Assembly (NCBI GenBank): GCA_964583985.1
Contig: CAZOYD010000062.1
Span: 1-20,599, forward strand
Length of the DNA: 20,599 bases
Source of the DNA: an uncultured archaeon
GTDB taxonomy: Archaea; Asgardarchaeota; Lokiarchaeia; Sigyniarchaeales; SOKP01
Reading direction: 5' to 3'
Positions 16,504 to 20,599 of the stretch are shown piece after piece; position 1 is the first letter of the stretch; each line of letters opens with the position of its first letter. Under the pieces are notes generated by a model. The model saw only the letters and a list, made by a program, of their open reading frames with translations. It was not told where the DNA came from and searched no databases. The position numbers and the translations under genes are program-made.

Positions 16504-16583
16504 GAATAAATTCAAATTTTGTATTAGTATTAATAATTTTATTAAAAAATTACATTATATTAACAATTACCCGGAGCTGTAAA

Positions 16584-19124
16584 TTGAAAAAACCAACACG
16601 ATTTTCATTATTGATTATCTTTATACTAGGGTCTTTAATTTTTTTTTACCTAACATTATTTATAATACTTAAATCTCAATTCCTTACACTAATTCTAGAT
16701 TGGGTTTTTTGGGTAACAATGATATTGTACGTGTTAACTATTGAAGAAATACTCCATTGGGCGAAGGATGGAAAAAGAAGTGATTTAAGTGATATTGTAG
16801 TCATATTCTTCTTCTTTTTTGTGATTTTCTTTTTTTCTAAGGATATCTTGACTTCAATAATGGGTGCATTTTCTATCTATTTATGGTTTGGAATATATGA
16901 ACTCAAAGATTATCCCGTTTTGAATAAAATCTTAATTATCTCATTAGTAACTTATAACATTATATTTATTGCAGGGATTATATCTTCCTATCTCTCTAAT
17001 CCCTTTTTCCTAAATACTACGTTTGCTTTTTCATTTTGGATTATTTTAGGGTTAGGTTTCATATTATTTGGACGAAAATACATCATAGTATGGCGATTTA
17101 TGTCACCTGAATACTTAACGCTTTTTTTATATATTATAGCATGGCTAGCGGTAGCATTTATCGACCAGTACACCCCATTTAAATTCATACAATATGGTCT
17201 TTTAAATTTAAACGATTTCAACCTGCCAAAATTCATTTTCAACATATATTTTATTTTAATACTGGTGAATTGGATAGTATATTTTGTTTCGGGACCAATA
17301 CTTGATAAAATGCTTGGAATTAAGAGAGTTAATGATGGACCCTTAATTTCTTTGGTGAACGATGTAAAAGAGAGAATGGAAATAAAAGGTAAAGTAAAAG
17401 TAGGCTTTGGCAAGTATCCCATCTTAAATGCCATGGCTTATGGTTCAATCTTTGATAAAAGAATTGCTCTTATTGCTGAAGATTATAATGACATTCCTGA
17501 AGATGAAATGAAAGGGATTGTCGCGCATGAATTAGCACATACAAAAGGTAAACACACTCTCATACTTACTGTAATTACATCACTCGATCTTGTAATACGG
17601 ATGATAATAGGCATTCCAGCAACGATATATGACTATACTTTTGGACACCCAACCATTCCCCTATTAGCATTTATTTTAATAAATATGGGAATATACATCA
17701 TCCTTTATATTTTTGTGAGATTGTTGGAAGGGAAAGCTGATAATAAAGCCAAGAAAAAAGGCTATACAAGAGAATTAGCTAAAGCTCTTTACAATCTTGA
17801 AAGTTTTTATGCTACGGGAAGAGAAATTGGACTAAACACGATGCTGTTATGTGATGAAAAAATAAATAAAGATAATCAACTAATGAATTATATGGAAACT
17901 GCTCAATATTTGCATAATTCCATGATAAGACCATCCAGAACCTCACTTCTCGGGAACATAATAAATTCTCACCCTCCCAGTTATTTTCGGTTAGCCGCGT
18001 TATTAGACGATAAATTAAAACCAATAAATGAGGCGCTTTTGCCCTATGTTTGCTTGATGGAAAAAAAAAGGAAAAAATATGCAAAAAAATTTAGAAAAGC
18101 TGATGATGAGTTTAAAAAATTAGCCAACCAGAAATTTAAGGAATTATTCGATATAAGTAGCGTGTCAACTTATTTGAGTGAATTACAACGTAAATCTTTA
18201 TTCCAATATGAAATTGGGAAGGATTATCTTTTCGAAAATAAGATTTCAGATGAATTTATTATAGGACGATTAGAAGATGTAGAAATTACCGATGAAATTT
18301 GTGATCCTGACAGATATATCATTATAGAACGAGGAAATAATCTTAGAAGATTACTAGAATCCTCCCAATTTACTAAAAAAAGAATCATTTTTAATGGAAT
18401 TTACTTTATGGATAAATTTACTCCTCTCAAATTAAATGAACTAAAAATATATGAAGATAAAAAAAATGGGAGAATCAATTTTCTCGATAAAGACAATAAT
18501 TTAATTTCTAAAGAGATAAATAAGCTTAAATTACCCTTTTCAGTCGATATTATAAAGAATTTTGAAAATTCTGATGTATTTTTTAAAGAAAGAGGAGTAT
18601 TGAAAATATATAAATGTATTGCAGTCAAACCAGCTTTGAAATTGGATGAATTTAAACTAGAGTTTCAAAATGATGATTCTTCTCATAAAAATGAGTTTAA
18701 ACTCACTGAATTAATAATCAAGCCAAAAATCGTAAACCTAATTATCAGCAAAACTAAAAACTTTAGATCCTCAGAATTGAAAATCTTGAAATGGCTCAAG
18801 AAAAATGAAATAAGAACTCTCATATCGTTGAAAAAACCCGTAAATAATATAGAAATAGGATATATCGTTGATCTAAATCTAGCAGATATAAATGATGAAT
18901 CCACACAGAGTAAAAAAGAAAATGAAAACGATGAATTCATTATAATAAGAAATATTTTCAAAAAAGAAGTGAAAATTCCCTACAAAACAATTGATTATTT
19001 ATCGTTTGATTATAATACTGGAACGATATCAAAAAAATCAGAAACTAGCTTAATCAATAAATTCGGTTATATAATTATGAAGAAATTGAAACCAGATAAA
19101 ATATTTTACCTTAATAAAGTTTAA
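16584..19124 (+). CDS. M48 (HtpX/Ste24-family) zinc metalloprotease with N-terminal multi-TM region and large C-terminal soluble region
   Basis: NAMAYG, HELAH (17526-17540), EGKAD and SHPP (17967-17978). Start reassigned to TTG 16584, preceded by GGAG (16573-16576); the track's start overlaps the upstream gene. Confidence 0.88.
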   Translation: MKKPTRFSLLIIFILGSLIFFYLTLFIILKSQFLTLILDWVFWVTMILYVLTIEEILHWAKDGKRSDLSDIVVIFFFFFVIFFFSKDILTSIMGAFSIYLWFGIYELKDYPVLNKILIISLVTYNIIFIAGIISSYLSNPFFLNTTFAFSFWIILGLGFILFGRKYIIVWRFMSPEYLTLFLYIIAWLAVAFIDQYTPFKFIQYGLLNLNDFNLPKFIFNIYFILILVNWIVYFVSGPILDKMLGIKRVNDGPLISLVNDVKERMEIKGKVKVGFGKYPILNAMAYGSIFDKRIALIAEDYNDIPEDEMKGIVAHELAHTKGKHTLILTVITSLDLVIRMIIGIPATIYDYTFGHPTIPLLAFILINMGIYIILYIFVRLLEGKADNKAKKKGYTRELAKALYNLESFYATGREIGLNTMLLCDEKINKDNQLMNYMETAQYLHNSMIRPSRTSLLGNIINSHPPSYFRLAALLDDKLKPINEALLPYVCLMEKKRKKYAKKFRKADDEFKKLANQKFKELFDISSVSTYLSELQRKSLFQYEIGKDYLFENKISDEFIIGRLEDVEITDEICDPDRYIIIERGNNLRRLLESSQFTKKRIIFNGIYFMDKFTPLKLNELKIYEDKKNGRINFLDKDNNLISKEINKLKLPFSVDIIKNFENSDVFFKERGVLKIYKCIAVKPALKLDEFKLEFQNDDSSHKNEFKLTELIIKPKIVNLIISKTKNFRSSELKILKWLKKNEIRTLISLKKPVNNIEIGYIVDLNLADINDESTQSKKENENDEFIIIRNIFKKEVKIPYKTIDYLSFDYNTGTISKKSETSLINKFGYIIMKKLKPDKIFYLNKV

Positions 19125-19152
19125 TTAAAATGGGCTTTTTTATGTGTTTAAT

Positions 19153-20088
19153 ATGGCTAATAAAATCAGAAGTGTTTTAACTCTACTGAGGATAAGACAA
19201 TATTATAAAAACATCTTAATCTTTGTCAGTATTTTTTTTAGTAAGAGATTATTCGAATTTTCTCTTTATCCCCCTCTCATTTTTGGTTTTATTTTGCTCT
19301 GCTGCACATCATCATTTAACTATATAATAAATGATATCATAGATATTGAAGATGATAAGAAACATCTTGAAAAATTGAAAAAAAAACCACTTGCTTCAGG
19401 AGATTTATCAGTTTATTTTGCTATTGTTTTGCTATTAGTTTTAATCATCATTATTATCTTTTCACTCCTCTTTATAATCCCAAAATGGGATTTTGCTCTC
19501 ATGATCGTACTTATAGTAATCACGGGAATGGCCTATAATCATTTTCTTAAAAATTACGCTTTTCTAGACATTCTCATTTTATCAACGGGTTATTTATGGA
19601 GAGCATTAGCTGGGTGCATAATCATAAGAGAATTCATATCTGCTTGGCTTTTCCTTGTTATATTTGAGATTGCAATGTTTTTAAGTATCGCAAAACGTAA
19701 AGGAGATCTACAATTTCTCGGGAAGGATAAAGCGATCGAACATAAAAAGGTATATGATCAATATACTATTAAATTATTGGATCAATTTCATGTGATGATT
19801 GCCGGCTCTTTATTCATGACCTATTCCTTATATCTTATATTGAAGTTTAATTTATTTGAACAGGAAAGCATCAATTTATGGGAATACATTGCAATAATTA
19901 CCATACCGATTCTATTTTATATCATTATGAGGTATACTTATTTAACATCAGCGAAACCAGAAATTGCTCGTCGTCCGGAACGTGCTTTTCTTGATAAAAG
20001 TATTTTGATTGCAGGATTAATCTTCTTGGGCACCCTTTTTATAACATTTTATTTTGAGCAAATAATCTCTTTCTTCACCAATCTATGA
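19153..20088 (+). CDS. UbiA-family polyprenyl-phosphate phosphoribosyltransferase-like (DPPR synthase type) membrane protein
   Basis: RIRQYYKNILIF, SSFNYIINDIIDIEDDKKH..PLASG, LKNYAFLDI, ISAW and KRKGD match the decaprenyl-phosphate phosphoribosyltransferase subfamily. ATG 19153 is preferred over GTG 19144. Confidence 0.8.
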   Translation: MANKIRSVLTLLRIRQYYKNILIFVSIFFSKRLFEFSLYPPLIFGFILLCCTSSFNYIINDIIDIEDDKKHLEKLKKKPLASGDLSVYFAIVLLLVLIIIIIFSLLFIIPKWDFALMIVLIVITGMAYNHFLKNYAFLDILILSTGYLWRALAGCIIIREFISAWLFLVIFEIAMFLSIAKRKGDLQFLGKDKAIEHKKVYDQYTIKLLDQFHVMIAGSLFMTYSLYLILKFNLFEQESINLWEYIAIITIPILFYIIMRYTYLTSAKPEIARRPERAFLDKSILIAGLIFLGTLFITFYFEQIISFFTNL

Positions 20089-20331
20089 TTAAGATTAAAT
20101 CAATACCTCATCTTTTTCAATATCTCTAATTCTTAGAAAAATTATCCATATAAAATCGAGTTATCAAATTAAAAGTATTTAAGTAATGAAAACTTAAATG
20201 AATATATCTTCTGTATTGATTTCCCAAATTTATAAAATAAAAATAATAAATTTTATAAGTTTACGAATTTAAGAAGATATTTAACAACAAATCTAAAAAA
20301 ATTTAAAAACAAATTATAAAGTGAATAAAAT

Positions 20332-20599
20332 ATGGAAATGGAAAAAAAAAATATAGCAATTACAGTTCTTATTATCGCATTAGTGGCATCTGGTGTGGGC
20401 AATATCATTCTCGCCCTTAACATGTCTACACCAGCTCCCTTAAGAGAAAATGCTTACATTAGAGCAACCAGTTCTGGTCCACATACATTAGAAATTGTAG
20501 ATGCATGGGATAGTGCTTCCAATGATGTGCTCGAACAAGTGGTTGAAACTCTCTTCTTTTATGATTTAAATGATGTAGAATTACCCATGGTTATGGGAC
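20332..20599 (+). CDS. ABC transporter solute-binding protein family 5 (OppA/DppA-like), 5' part
   Basis: Not in the track (open at the window edge). Translation MEMEKKNIAITVLIIALVASGVGNIILAL...SGPHTLEIVDAWDSASNDVLEQVVETLFFYD shows a signal anchor and the family-5 N-terminal motif. Confidence 0.85.
   Translation, partial: MEMEKKNIAITVLIIALVASGVGNIILALNMSTPAPLRENAYIRATSSGPHTLEIVDAWDSASNDVLEQVVETLFFYDLNDVELPMVMG

Noticed and set aside
16440-16583. N-terminal 48 aa of the track ORF 16440..19124
   Set aside because: It overlaps the GPT gene and an AT-rich spacer; TTG 16584 has a GGAG SD and begins a typical basic-then-hydrophobic N-terminus.
2073-18961. Short antisense or out-of-frame track ORFs (2073-2258, 3284-3520, 3881-4087, 7057-7314, 8547-8795, 11373-11675, 11776-11997, 13700-14107, 15357-15554, 15935-16141, 15945-16208, 16988-17434, 17812-18084, 18401-18628, 18683-18961)
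   Set aside because: All lie almost entirely within well-supported genes, have shadow-like composition and show no recognisable motifs.
20226-20262. Inverted repeat TTATAAAAT...ATTTTATAA upstream of the ABC solute-binding gene
   Set aside because: Pure A/T palindrome in an AT-rich promoter region; it could be an operator but is unsupported without comparative data.
1-20599. CRISPR arrays, transposases, integrases or att-site duplication of the tRNA 3' end
   Set aside because: No regularly spaced repeats, no mobile-element proteins and no second copy of the tRNA end were seen in the window.

Overview
AT-rich archaeal chromosomal window. The gene content (ribophorin I-like protein, roadblock protein, Bet3/V4R-fold proteins, stand-alone 7TM protein, type II MetAP, tRNA-Gln with a BHB intron) most resembles an Asgard archaeon of the Lokiarchaeia type; this placement is an inference. 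Left to right: 5' part of hdrC and a thioredoxin (minus strand); a tightly coupled two-gene operon whose products resemble, by eye, the Bet3-family subunits of the eukaryotic TRAPP complex while keeping V4R zinc cysteines; a 7TM protein; a membrane-anchored penicillin/AHL-acylase-type Ntn hydrolase with a small membrane partner; a roadblock/LC7 protein; map and a GT4 glycosyltransferase; a DUF354-like protein and a hexapeptide acetyltransferase; MazG-like and Sec61beta genes divergent from ribophorin I-like, long Trm112, tRNA-Gln(UUG) with a 29-nt T-loop intron, GPT/AglH, a large M48 protease and a DPPR-synthase-like UbiA; and the start of a family-5 ABC solute-binding protein. The best candidates for new biology are (i) the Bet3-like plus Trs31-like pair, whose second protein has an Arf/Sar1-like N-terminal amphipathic helix and a large helical C-terminal extension, and (ii) a translocon/N-glycosylation/membrane quality-control gene cluster. 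No mobile element, CRISPR array or rRNA was seen. Similarities to eukaryotic proteins were judged by eye against sequences recalled from memory and need database confirmation.
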